Of a DNA stretch of 64,000 bases, positions 54,024 to 64,000 are shown piece after piece (within the stretch, counting starts at the first letter, position 1; every line of letters starts with the position of its first letter). The stretch is from Eledone cirrhosa (taxonomy: Eukaryota). Both the position numbers and the translations under genes were made by a program. Under the pieces are notes generated by a model that was given only the letters and a program-made list of their open reading frames with translations, was not told the DNA's origin and did not search any database. Location: NCBI GenBank assembly GCA_964016885.1, contig OZ024742.1, positions 250,170,001 to 250,234,000 on the forward strand, written 5' to 3'.

Positions 54024-56775
54024 AGTGCTGCTATTGTCGTTGTTGTTGTTGTTAGTGCTGCTATTGTCGTTGTTGTTAGTGCTGCTATTGTCGTTGTTGT
54101 TGTTGTTGTTGTTGTTAGTGCTGCTATTGTCGTTGTTGTTAGTGCTGCTACTGTCGTTGTTGTTGTTGTTAGTGCTGCTATTGTCGTTGTTGTTGTTGTT
54201 AGTGCTGCTATTGTCGTTGTTGTTGTTGTTAGTGCTGCTATTGTCGTTGTTGTTGTTGTTATTGTTGTTGTTAGTGCTGCTATTGTCGTTGTTGTTGTTG
54301 TTAGTGCTGCTATTGTCGTTGTTGTTGTTGTTAGTGCTGCTCTTGTCGTTGTTGTTGTTGTTAATGCTGCTATTGTCGTTGTTGTTGTTGTTGTTAATGC
54401 TGCTATTGTCGTTGTTGTTGTTGTTAGTGCTGCTATTGTCGTTGTTGTTGTTGTTAGTGCTGCTCTTGTCGTTGTTGTTGTTGTTAATGCTGCTATTGTC
54501 GTTGTTGTTAGTGCTGCTATTGTCGTTGTTGTTGTTGTTGTTAATGCTGCTATTGTCGTTGTTGTTGTTGTTAATGCTGCTATTGTCGTTGTTGTTGTTG
54601 TTAGTGCTGCTATTGTCGTTGTTGTTGTTGTTAGTGCTGCTCTTGTCGTTGTTGTTGTTGTTAGTGCTGCTATTGTCGTTGTTGTTGTTGTTGTTAATGC
54701 TGCTATTGTCGTCGTTGTTGTTGTTAGTGCTGCTATTGTCGTTGTTGTTGTTGTTAGTGCTGCTATTGTCGTTGTTGTTGTTGTTAGTGCTGCTCTTGTC
54801 GTTGTTGTTGTTGTTAATGCTGCTATTGTCGTTGTTGTTGTTGTTGTTAATGCTGCTATTGTCGTTGTTGTTGTTGTTAGTGCTGCTATTGTCGTTGTTG
54901 TTGTTGTTAGTGCTGCTCTTGTCGTTGTTGTTGTTGTTAATGCTGCTATTGTCGTTGTTGTTGTTGTTGTTAATGCTGCTATTGTCGTTGTTGTTGTTGT
55001 TAGTGCTGCTATGTCGTTGTTGTTGTTGTTAATGCTGCTATTGTCGTTGTTGTTGTTGTTGTTAATGCTGCTATTGTCGTTGTTGTTGTTGTTAGTGCTG
55101 CTATTGTCGTTGTTGTTGTTGTTAGTGCTGCTATTGTCGTTGTTGTTGTTGTTAGTGCTGCTCTTGTCGTTGTTGTTGTTGTTAATGCTGCTATTGTCGT
55201 TGTTGTTGTTGTTGCTAATGCTGCTATTGTCGTTGTTGTTGTTGTTAGTGCTGCTATTGTCGTTGTTGTTGTTGTTAATGCAGCTATTGTCGTTGTTGTT
55301 GTTGTTAGTGCTGCTCTTGTCGTTGTTGTTGTTGTTAATGCTGCTATTGTCGTTGTTGTTGTTGTTGTTAATGCTGCTATTGTCGTTGTTGTTGTTGTTA
55401 GTGCTGCTATTGTCGTTGTTGTTGTTGTTAGTGCTGCTATTGTCGTTGTTGTTGTTGTTAGTGCTGCTCTTGTCGTTGTTGTTGTTGTTAATGCTGCTCT
55501 TGTCGTTGTTGTTGTTGTTGTTAATGCTGCTATTGTCGTTGTTGTTGTTGTTAGTGCTGCTATTGTCGTTGTTGTTGTTGTTAGTGCTGCTATTGTCGTT
55601 GTTGTTGTTGTTAGTGCTGCTATTGTCGTTGTTGTTAGTGCTGCTATTGTCGTTGTTGTTGTTGTTAGTGCTGCTATTGTCGTTGTTGTTGTTGTTAGTG
55701 CTGCTATTGTCGTTGTTGTTAGTGCTGCTATTGTCGTTGTTGTTGTTGTTAGTGCTGCTATTGTCGTTGTCGTTGTTGTTAATGCTGCTATTGTCGTTGT
55801 TGTTGTTAATGCTGCTATTGTCGTTGTTGTTGTCAATGCTGCTATTATCGTTGTTGTTAGTGCTGCTATTGTCGTTGTTGTTGTTGTCAATGCTGCTATT
55901 GTCGTTATTGTTAGTGCTGCTATTGTCGTTGTTGTTGTTGTTAGTGCTGCTATTGTCGTTGTTGTTAGTGCTGCTATTGTCGTTGTTGTTGTTGTTAGTG
56001 CTGCTATTGTCGTTGTCGTTGTTGTTAGTGCTGCTATTGTCGTTGTTGTTGTTAATGCTGCTATTGTCGTTGTTGTTGTCAATGCTGCTATTGTCGTTGT
56101 TGTTGTTGTTGTCAATGCTGCTATCGTCGTTATTGTTAGTGCTGCTATTGTCGTTGTTGTTGTTGTTAGTGCTGCTATTGTCGTTGTTGTTAGTGCTGCT
56201 ATTGTCGTTGTCGTTGTTGTTAGTGCTGCTATTGTCGTTGTTGTTGGTAATGCTGTTATTGTCGTTGTTGTTGCTGATGCTGCTATTGTCGTTGTTGTTG
56301 TTGTCAATGCTGCTATTGTCGTTATTGTTGTTGCTAATGCTGCTATTGTCGTTGTTGTTGTTGTCAATGCTGCTATTGTCGTTGTTGTTAGTGCTGCTAT
56401 TGTCGTTGTTGTTGGTATTACTGCTGCTGTTGTTGATGCTGTTGATGTTGGTGGTGGTGGTCTTGCTGCTGAATTTGTTGTTGTTGTTGTTTTTTTAGTG
56501 CTGCTATTGACGTTGTTGTTGTTGTTGCTGCTGTTGTTGTTATTACTGCTGCTGTTGTTGATGCTGTTGATGTTGGTGGTGGTGGTATTGCTGCTGCATT
56601 TGTTGTTGTTGTTGTTGTTGTTAGTGCTGCTATTTTCGTTGTTGTTGTTGTTGTTGCTGCTGTTGTTGTTATTACTGCTGCTGTTGTTGATGCTGTTGAT
56701 GTTGATGGTGGTGGTCTTGCTGCTGCATTTGTTGTTGTTGTTGTTGGTGGTGGTGCTGCTAAGGTCGTTGTTGTA
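52340..56775. repeat. 4.4-kb minisatellite, unit TTAGTGCTGCTATTGTCG(TTG)n, modal 30 bp
   Basis: More than 100 units with variable TTG number, degenerating at both edges; accounts for the poly-L and poly-T ORFs. Confidence 0.97.
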
Positions 56776-56978
56776 GTTATTTACTTCACTGCTACTTAAT
56801 AACGAATGTCAGCTATGGAACTTACAATAAGAAATACCTGACGTTCTTCTCTGCTCACTCTCTCTATTTCTATCTCTCTCTCCTTCTCAATTTTTGCCCT
56901 TATTGTTAATAATATTACTGTCATAAAAACAATAACGACAACATTAATAATAATAAAAATCATTATTTATATTATTTT

Positions 56979-56979
<1 letters not shown>

Positions 56980-57070
<91 letters not shown>

Positions 57071-57401
57071 CTACATATTTTACTGCTGATATGTTGATAT
57101 GTTGATATGTTTTTATATGTGGCCCGTGAATATTCCCAAACAGCGGGTTGTCCCAAATGTAAAGAAAAAAAGAACTTTTATATAAGGAAGAAAAACACCA
57201 ATATGATTCTACAATGTAAGTGTTCGCAGATGTTAAGTTTCATTACCCCTACATAAAGAGGAGGTGAAGAAGAAGAAGAAGAAGAAGAAGAAGAAGAAGA
57301 AGAAGAAGAAGAAGAAGAAGAAGAAGAAGAAGAAGAAGAAGAAGAAGAAGAAGAAGAAGAAGAAGAAGAAGAAGAAGAAGAAGAAGAAGAAGAAGAAGAA
57401 G
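56980..57401. repeat. (TAG)n (56980-57068) and (GAA)n (57266-57401) microsatellites
   Basis: Perfect triplet runs. Confidence 0.98.
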
Positions 57402-57834
57402 ATTATTTACTATGTAAATGATTGCTATGTCGCTTCCTTGGCTAGAATTATTCATCATCTTCTTTCATTAAGATGTCTCTTTGAAAGTTTAAGTTGACAC
57501 CTTCCACCCTATTACCAACAACAGCACACCACCAGCCCTCCATCATGACATACCCATCCTTCCAAAAAAATATCTGATCTGATGTGACTTAGAACTGAAA
57601 TCACGCTATTTCTTAGGTCGCTGCGGGTGTAAAAAATTGTTATTGCCGAATATAATTAACAACAACAAAACAACAACCACAGCATAATAATAATAACAGT
57701 AATCAGTTTTTCATTATTTTATTAGCCACGAGGGCCTAAGCACTTGGCATCAGTACTAAGGTAAAATGGGAAAGATTTATTGACATAAATGTATAAGGGG
57801 AAAGAAACAATAACAAAATAGATTAATACAATAC

Positions 57835-58100
57835 ACTTCTGGCGTCCTTGGCCCTAGGACCACCTCACTACTCACCACCATCGGCACAGAGCTGGTTACC
57901 CGCAGGTGTGAACCTCGCGAGCTGGAATGGCTGTTCCAGCGCGTCTCCTTCGCAATCCTCCGGGGAAACGCCTTCTTGATTCTGTGGGCCCCCTCAGAGA
58001 TAAGGAGAGCGGGAAAGCCTGAGGCAGTCAGTGGGAGTTCGGTCCCCTTGTGTTCGGACCTGGTGTATATGTATATATTTAACTGTATATTTTCATAAAT
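57835..58100 (+). mobile_element. CRE-clade non-LTR retrotransposon 3' end
   Basis: TSGVLGPRTTSLLTTIGTELVTRRCEPRELEWLFQRVSFAILRGNAFLIL matches the L.QR.S.A..RGNA C-terminal motif; not in the ORF track because there is no start codon. Confidence 0.8.
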
Positions 58101-58204
58101 AATACATAATAATAACAAACAAATAATATACCAAAAATATCTCCAAGAACGTATCCCAAAAATGGGGGAACAGACATAAGAGATGATGCATGGCTACTCC
58201 ATAC

Positions 58205-58620
58205 AATAATGGTTTCTGATTTAGGCACAAGGCCAGCAATTCTGGGGAGGTGAAACTCGATTACATCGACCCCAGTGCGTGACTGATATTTTATTTGATC
58301 GACTCCGTAAGGATGAAAAGCAAAGTTAACATCAGCGGGATTGAACTCAAGACACAAAGGGCCGTAAATCTATGCCACAAAGCATGGTGTCCGATACTCT
58401 ACCGATACTGCCAATCCACCGCCTTTACTCCATATAATAATTGTTTCTACTTTAGGCACAAGGCCAGCAATTACCCAGTGCATTACTGGTACTTTATTTT
58501 ATCGACCCCATAAGGATGAAAGGCAAAGTCAACCTCGGCGAGATTTGAACTCAGATCGTAAAGGGACGTAACTATGCTGGAAAGCATGGCGTCCGACCCT
58601 CTACCGATACTACCAATTGA
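58205..58620 (-). mobile_element. Two tandem SINEs sharing a triplicated target site
   Basis: ACTCCATA(C/T)AATAAT at 58196, 58427 and 58620; long variant followed by short variant. Confidence 0.9.
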
Positions 58621-58779
58621 CTCCATACAATAATGAAAATTGATCTGACACACACACACAAAAGGCAAGTGGTTCTCCTTAATTCCTAATATTAGACTAT
58701 AGATGCTGAGATACAGTGGACCCATGTAGCCACATCATTTTCACCATTTTCACTTTCATATCTTAAAATACTTTTATAT

Positions 58780-59000
58780 TATTGATTTCTAATTTAGGCA
58801 CATGGCCTGCAAATTCGGTGGAAGGGTAAACTGGATTAAATCAACCCCAGCACTTGACCAATAATTTATTTTATCAACCTCAGAAGGTAGAAAAAAATGT
58901 TAACCCCGACAGGATTTGCACGCACAATATACAATAAAAATGCTACACAAACAACGAATTGTATCCGACGTTCTACCAATACTGTCAGTCCACCAACCTT
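58780..59000 (-). mobile_element. Diverged SINE
   Basis: TTTAGGCACATGGCC...TTTTATCAACC...TCCGACGTTCTACCAATACTG. Confidence 0.7.
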
Positions 59001-59260
59001 TAATAATATTGAAATTAGATAAGGTCTTTATTCACAACAATACATTAAAAGAAGGCATTTGGGAATATATGTATATCTGTGTATGTATGGTTATACTTGG
59101 GGAGGGTCATATTGTTATAATATTGCCAGAAATAATAACAGAACACACTCACTTGTGTATGTATGCATATATATATGTATATATATATATGTGTGGGGGG
59201 GGGGAGTGATGTTTGTGTATGTGTGTATGTATGGATATATACACATAAACTTTATATATC

Positions 59261-61442
59261 TCTATATATATATAAAACGGAAGATATCTGTCTGTGTGTG
59301 TGTATGATTTTTATGCATTTCCACATTTCTCTACCGATTTTGATGATTTTTTTCCAATGTGCTCCAAATTTACCAAAGATGGTCAACGCGTAATAAACTT
59401 TGTCAAGAATATCCTGCCTATGAAAAAAAAACGATAAAACTAAATACATGCTGTAACCGTCTCTGCTACACGCTTAATTCCTCTCACTACTACCCTAAAA
59501 AATCTATGAAACTACATACATGTTGCAACTCTCTATATATATATATCACACACACACAGATATAAATATACATCTAAAGAGAGAAAGGGAGATGTAGAGA
59601 GAGAGAGTGAGATAAGTCGTTGTACAGAGAGAGGTACAAGATAATCAGAGAGAGAGAGAGAGAGAGAGATCTGCGCGTTCTTTATTGTTCTCCATTCTGT
59701 AGAGGAAGAGAGAGAGAGGGGGTATGAGTGAGAGAGAGAGAGTGGGTATGAGAAAAAAGGGAGAGGGGTTGAGAAAGAAAGAAAGTTTAAGCAAAGAATC
59801 GCTGCTTTCAACATTAACGGGATCTTCTTAAACTAAAAAATTCAATCTGTGAACGCAGAATTAAATATTTCTAGAAACGTTGCAACCGAAGAAAAACAGG
59901 AAGACGATAATTTGGTTCGTGAAGACGTTCCGTGGTAATGAACAAAAAAAAAGCGAGGATAATACGTCGTTATGTGGACCGGGAAGAACAATTGCATACA
60001 AAGACGAGAACAAGTTTAGGGTATAAATGGAGTCGTTAGACTAATATTCTATTTAAAATAACCGAATCATTTCCAGCCCCGGAGTTTAAGAATGATGTAA
60101 ATAAAATTGTAAACGAAAATGAAAGAGGCTATTAAAATAGTTGTTTCTACATTTGGCACAAGGCCAGCAATTACTCAGTACATTACTGGTACTTTATTTT
60201 ATCAACCTCGTAAGGATGAAAGGCAAAGTTAACCTCGACGGGATTTTAACTTTGCGTTAAAATAGTAAATGTAAATAGTGAAGATTTAGGCCAGTACATA
60301 CGTATGCGCCGACGGACATATTCATATATATACATACGCACACCCAAATACATACACACACACAAACACACCCACATACACACGCGCGCGCGTGTGTAAA
60401 TCTTATGCATTTCTACAGTATTTTCACCAAACTTAAGACATAGGTTACTTATGTACTCCGGATGGTCATGGGCACTTTCATTTTTCCAGATATTGATTAC
60501 AGGGCCTCCCGGCAGATAACCCCCTTTAACCACTTCCTTGGAGTCGACTGAAGCACTGTAGTGCAATGCAACAAAACGTCATAACTTCTGGAGTTCGCAA
60601 CCGATTTTCATAAAACTGGACACATGGGCTACGTTCGTTCTAATGATGAATGTGAAAGAAACTTAACATTGTAACTTTAACACAGCTACTGAGCAGCCCC
60701 GAACAACGCCGGGTTTTACTGCTATAGGCGATAAAGTTGTGCAGACAGACAGTCGTGCAGAGAAGTGATATAGGCGATAAAGTTGTGCAGACAGACAGTC
60801 GGGCTGATAGACGATGGAGGCATGCAGACAGACAGTCGTGCAGAGATGTGATATAGGCGATAAAGTTGTGCAGACAGACAGTCGGGCTGATAGACGATGG
60901 AGGCATGCAGACAGACAGTCGTGCAGAGATGTGATATAGGCGATAAAGTTGTGCAGACAGACAGTCGGGCTGATAGACGATGGAGGCATGCAGACAGGCA
61001 GTTGTGCAGAGAGGTGATATAGGCGATAAAGTTGTGCAGACAGACAATCGTGCAGAGTTGTGATAGGCGATAAAATTGCATTTCTTTTTTTTTTTGTTTT
61101 TCATGTCCATCCAATTTCTTTGTTTCAAAATAACTGATAGTTTGGTTACGCTGATGGTTTTCTCTGAGACAAGTGTTGCAGTGTTTATATTTTCGATTTT
61201 TGTTAATAGATTACCAGTGTAGTTTTTATCCGCAGCATCCTCTTTTGTTTTAACATTCGAGTTATGGTTATGTTTTCTTAACTTCATAAGGCATATTGTT
61301 GGTTGAGGGAATATTAATCAAAAGTACCACATGAAAGTCTACACTGTAGACTCTACAGTTTTTAAGCCAAGAAAGGAACTTAACATTGTAACTTTAATAC
61401 AGCTACTGAGTAGCCCCGAGCAACGCCGGGCTTTACTGCTAG
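59261..61442 (+). mobile_element. Composite non-autonomous Helitron
   Basis: 5' TCTATATATATATAAAACGG...TGTCTGTG; 3' CCCGAGCAACGCCGGG-CTTTACTGCTAG|T. Contains a pLTR fragment (59783-60130, minus), a SINE piece (60135-60250), a duplicate 3' end (60655-60725) and ~78-bp tandem repeats (60725-61075). Confidence 0.8.
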
Positions 61443-61629
61443 TATATATATATATATATATAAACTATATGTGTATATATAATATATACACATACTTTTA
61501 TTGCCAGAAATATTTAGATCGACACTAGACCAGAACGCTTAGCTAGACGTGATACCTTCATTGCTCTGATTCTACAAACAGCCGTAGATGTAGATCGATA
61601 AACGCTGCAAGAATAGTGTTAGGGCTTGC

Positions 61630-62750
61630 TAGTAAAAAAAGAAAAAAGAAAAATTAATAAACGTATTTTCAAAAACACCAACCCCTCACTGTGGAACAAC
61701 AGAATATCTGTCGTTTCCTTGTTCACATGCATCACCTCTAAGAACAGGGCTAAATTCACTCAGTTCGATATAATTGATTTTTACCTCTCCGTTTCTAGGC
61801 CTCCTCCTTGATAATACTTTAGAGTTCACCCGTTCTTTTGGGTTCATCAGTGACCCGAAATTAGAACTAATATTCCACGCCCGAAGAACCCTCCTATTTA
61901 GTAATGAAAGTACTTGGGTAAAATAAATCCGACCCAGAAAATTATTTTTATGGATCGATGGGGTCCTATTATAATGCTGATATATGTGATCTTATTCAAT
62001 TGTATAGGCAGCTGATTGGCAGAGTCGTTAGAACGTCGGATAGAATGCATTGCGGTAGTCGTCTCGACTCTGCTCAATGAGTTCAAATCCCTTTGAGGCG
62101 AACTTTGTTTTTCATCCGTTCGAGGTCAACAAAGAAAATATCAGTCTTTAACTGGGTCGATTCTTCCTCTATAACCTTCTCTCGTCCTCTCTTTTCTTTC
62201 TATAATTCTCTTTAACAAAAACTGTATGTATGTGTTCAGACATGGAGAGGAATAGGGTCCACTAAGGCGCCTCTAACACTCCATCAGGTTTTACGGGATC
62301 ATACCATTCGGTACCATACATTGGATTATATATCCTTCATACATTGAAGTGTAAGCTCCCCAACCACTCATTTGGTTTATACTGAGATAACAATCTTTCG
62401 TTTTCACGTGATTACTACGGCCACGCACTCGACACATTCTGTAAAGATTTTATTGACACTTTTCGCACACTAGAACTTAATTTAACGATGGACACGAACC
62501 TCACTAATGCTAATTTCCCTGATCTAAACTTAAACTTAACCACAGTTTTGTATAAACCATAGCATAACCTAATCCAAAGTTTATATATATTAACAGAGGA
62601 CCCAGCCAACGTCCATAGTTTTAAAAAAACCTACTTCCTAATATAAGTTTTAAAGTCTCAAAATCATTGGCCTCCAAGGAAATATTCGATAAGGCTGCGC
62701 CATACTACAACCAAGCCTTCCTAGACAGTAGCTTGAAAGTAAAGATTAAG
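61630..62750 (+). pseudogene. Degenerate Penelope-like RT (family B), interrupted by a SINE at ~62005-62180
   Basis: KFTQFDIIDFY.SVS (motif A), LIFHARRTLLF...WVK...MGSY...ICDL (motif B'), NFPDLNLNL...YKP (thumb). Confidence 0.8.
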
Positions 62751-62751
62751 T

Positions 62752-62895
62752 AGCCAGTTTGGATGGGCTGCCCGACGAGTTTTACGTAGATATGCCAGAC
62801 TACTCCGATCTCCTCGAAGCGCTCTACGGCAACTGGCAGCAGAACGGGAGTATTCCCAGTTCTGTGAGCCAGTACGTAGTTTTTGTTATAAACAT
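62752..62895 (+). mobile_element. Tx1/L1 RT N-terminal fragment
   Basis: LDGLPDEFYVDMPD...LYGNWQQNGSIP, the PG.DG...EFY motif. Confidence 0.7.
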
Positions 62896-63009
62896 TTTAC
62901 ACACAAAATCTCACGCTGTATTTACCTGTTTTCTTAATGTGAGCCCTGTGTGGCTACTAAAGAAATTATTATTATCATTATTATTATTATTATTGCTATT
63001 ATTGCTAAT

Positions 63010-63475
63010 AGGGCGGAGGATTGGCAGTATCGGTAGAGGGTCGGACGCCATGCTTTGACGCATAGAGTTACGGTATTTGCCATTCTGAGTTCAAATCCCG
63101 CCGAGGTTAACTTTATCAACCTCGTAAAGGTGAACCTTACGAGGTCGATAAAATAAAGTACCAGTAATGCACTGGATAATTGCTGGGCTTGTGCCAAAAG
63201 TAGAAACAATTATTATTATTGCTATCATCATTATTATTGTTTGCGTATTTCCTAGAGCAGTTGATTGGCAGTATCGGCAGAGCCTCGGACACTTTCATTT
63301 GTAGCGTTGAGTTACGTCCCTTTATGATCTGAGTTCAAGTCCCGCCGAGGTTAGCTTTGTCTTTCATCCTTACGGTGTCGATAAAATAAAGCACCAGTAA
63401 TGCACTGGGATTCATTTAATCGACTTTCCCCTCCCCAAAAATTGCTGGCCATGTGCCTATAGTAGAAATCACTAT
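63010..63475 (+). mobile_element. Two SINE copies (63010-63215 short, 63255-63475 long)
   Basis: GGCGGAGGATTGGCAGTATCGGTAGAG...GAGTTCAAATCCCGCCGAGG...AAGTACCAG...GCCAAAAGTAGAAAC + (ATT)n. Confidence 0.92.
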
Positions 63476-64000
63476 TTGTGTATTTCCGTTTCCTTCAGTT
63501 TTATTTCCATTTCTTTCGAAGCGTTTCCCCGATACATATTGCAAAGTAAGTCACTGCATGCATTGATAAGTCCCAAAAATATACACACAAGATTGTTCAA
63601 GTCGCACATTTAACACGGTTACAAGTATATCATTTGTTTAAACATGTGAACACCATGTTTAAAATCATATTTACAACAGAATGATAATCATATGGAAGTA
63701 CTCGATTATTTACGACTTACATAATTATTGAATATAATCAAATAAAGTTATATAAAAAATAGAGAGACGATTATCATTCTCATAGTCATAGTGCAACTAT
63801 CTATACATGTACCGTGTCATTTAAAATATTTTTGTGCACCTCTTGCAGAAATAGTAAACCAGGGATAATTCTCAAATAATTTTATAATAGGAAACACAAA
63901 TTTAAATTTTGAAGACCAACACAATTCGTATGGAGAATGTTATATTGGCAATACAACAAAAGAATCTTACCTTAGCAAATTTAACGATCCCAAATATTTT

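Noticed and set aside
52207-56776. Poly-Leu ORFs of 295, 645 and 495 aa as membrane proteins
   Set aside because: Products of the TTG-rich minisatellite; stop-free by composition.
60725-61075. Regularly spaced repeats as a CRISPR-like array
   Set aside because: The spacers are themselves repeated, there are no cas genes, and the array lies inside a Helitron; it is a tandem minisatellite.

Overview
Eukaryotic, AT-rich, repeat-saturated DNA (intergenic or deep intronic). I found no convincing host protein-coding exon, rRNA, true tRNA or CRISPR array. The SINE family, microsatellite density and LINE types resemble an octopod cephalopod genome; this is recognition from memory and is unverified. 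Nearly all long ORFs in the track are microsatellite or minisatellite artefacts. Recognisable content: at least six Penelope-like retroelements (PLEs; RT plus GIY-YIG) from two families, three of them with 0.5-0.8 kb inverted arms; about eight Helitron pieces; about 18 tRNA-derived SINE copies; RTE, Tx1/L1 and CRE LINE fragments; Tigger and mariner ends; and two large triplet-derived minisatellites. The main hidden layer is about 25 type I hammerhead ribozyme (HHR) or HHR-like motifs from about 10 sequence families. Many sit in short non-coding fold-back elements lodged in (TA)n tracts, including a perfect back-to-back double hammerhead at 24656-24799. One family has a fixed CAGAAGA core variant that Helitrons have captured. 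All structures were read by eye; coordinates are approximate to a few bp and nothing was checked by computation.
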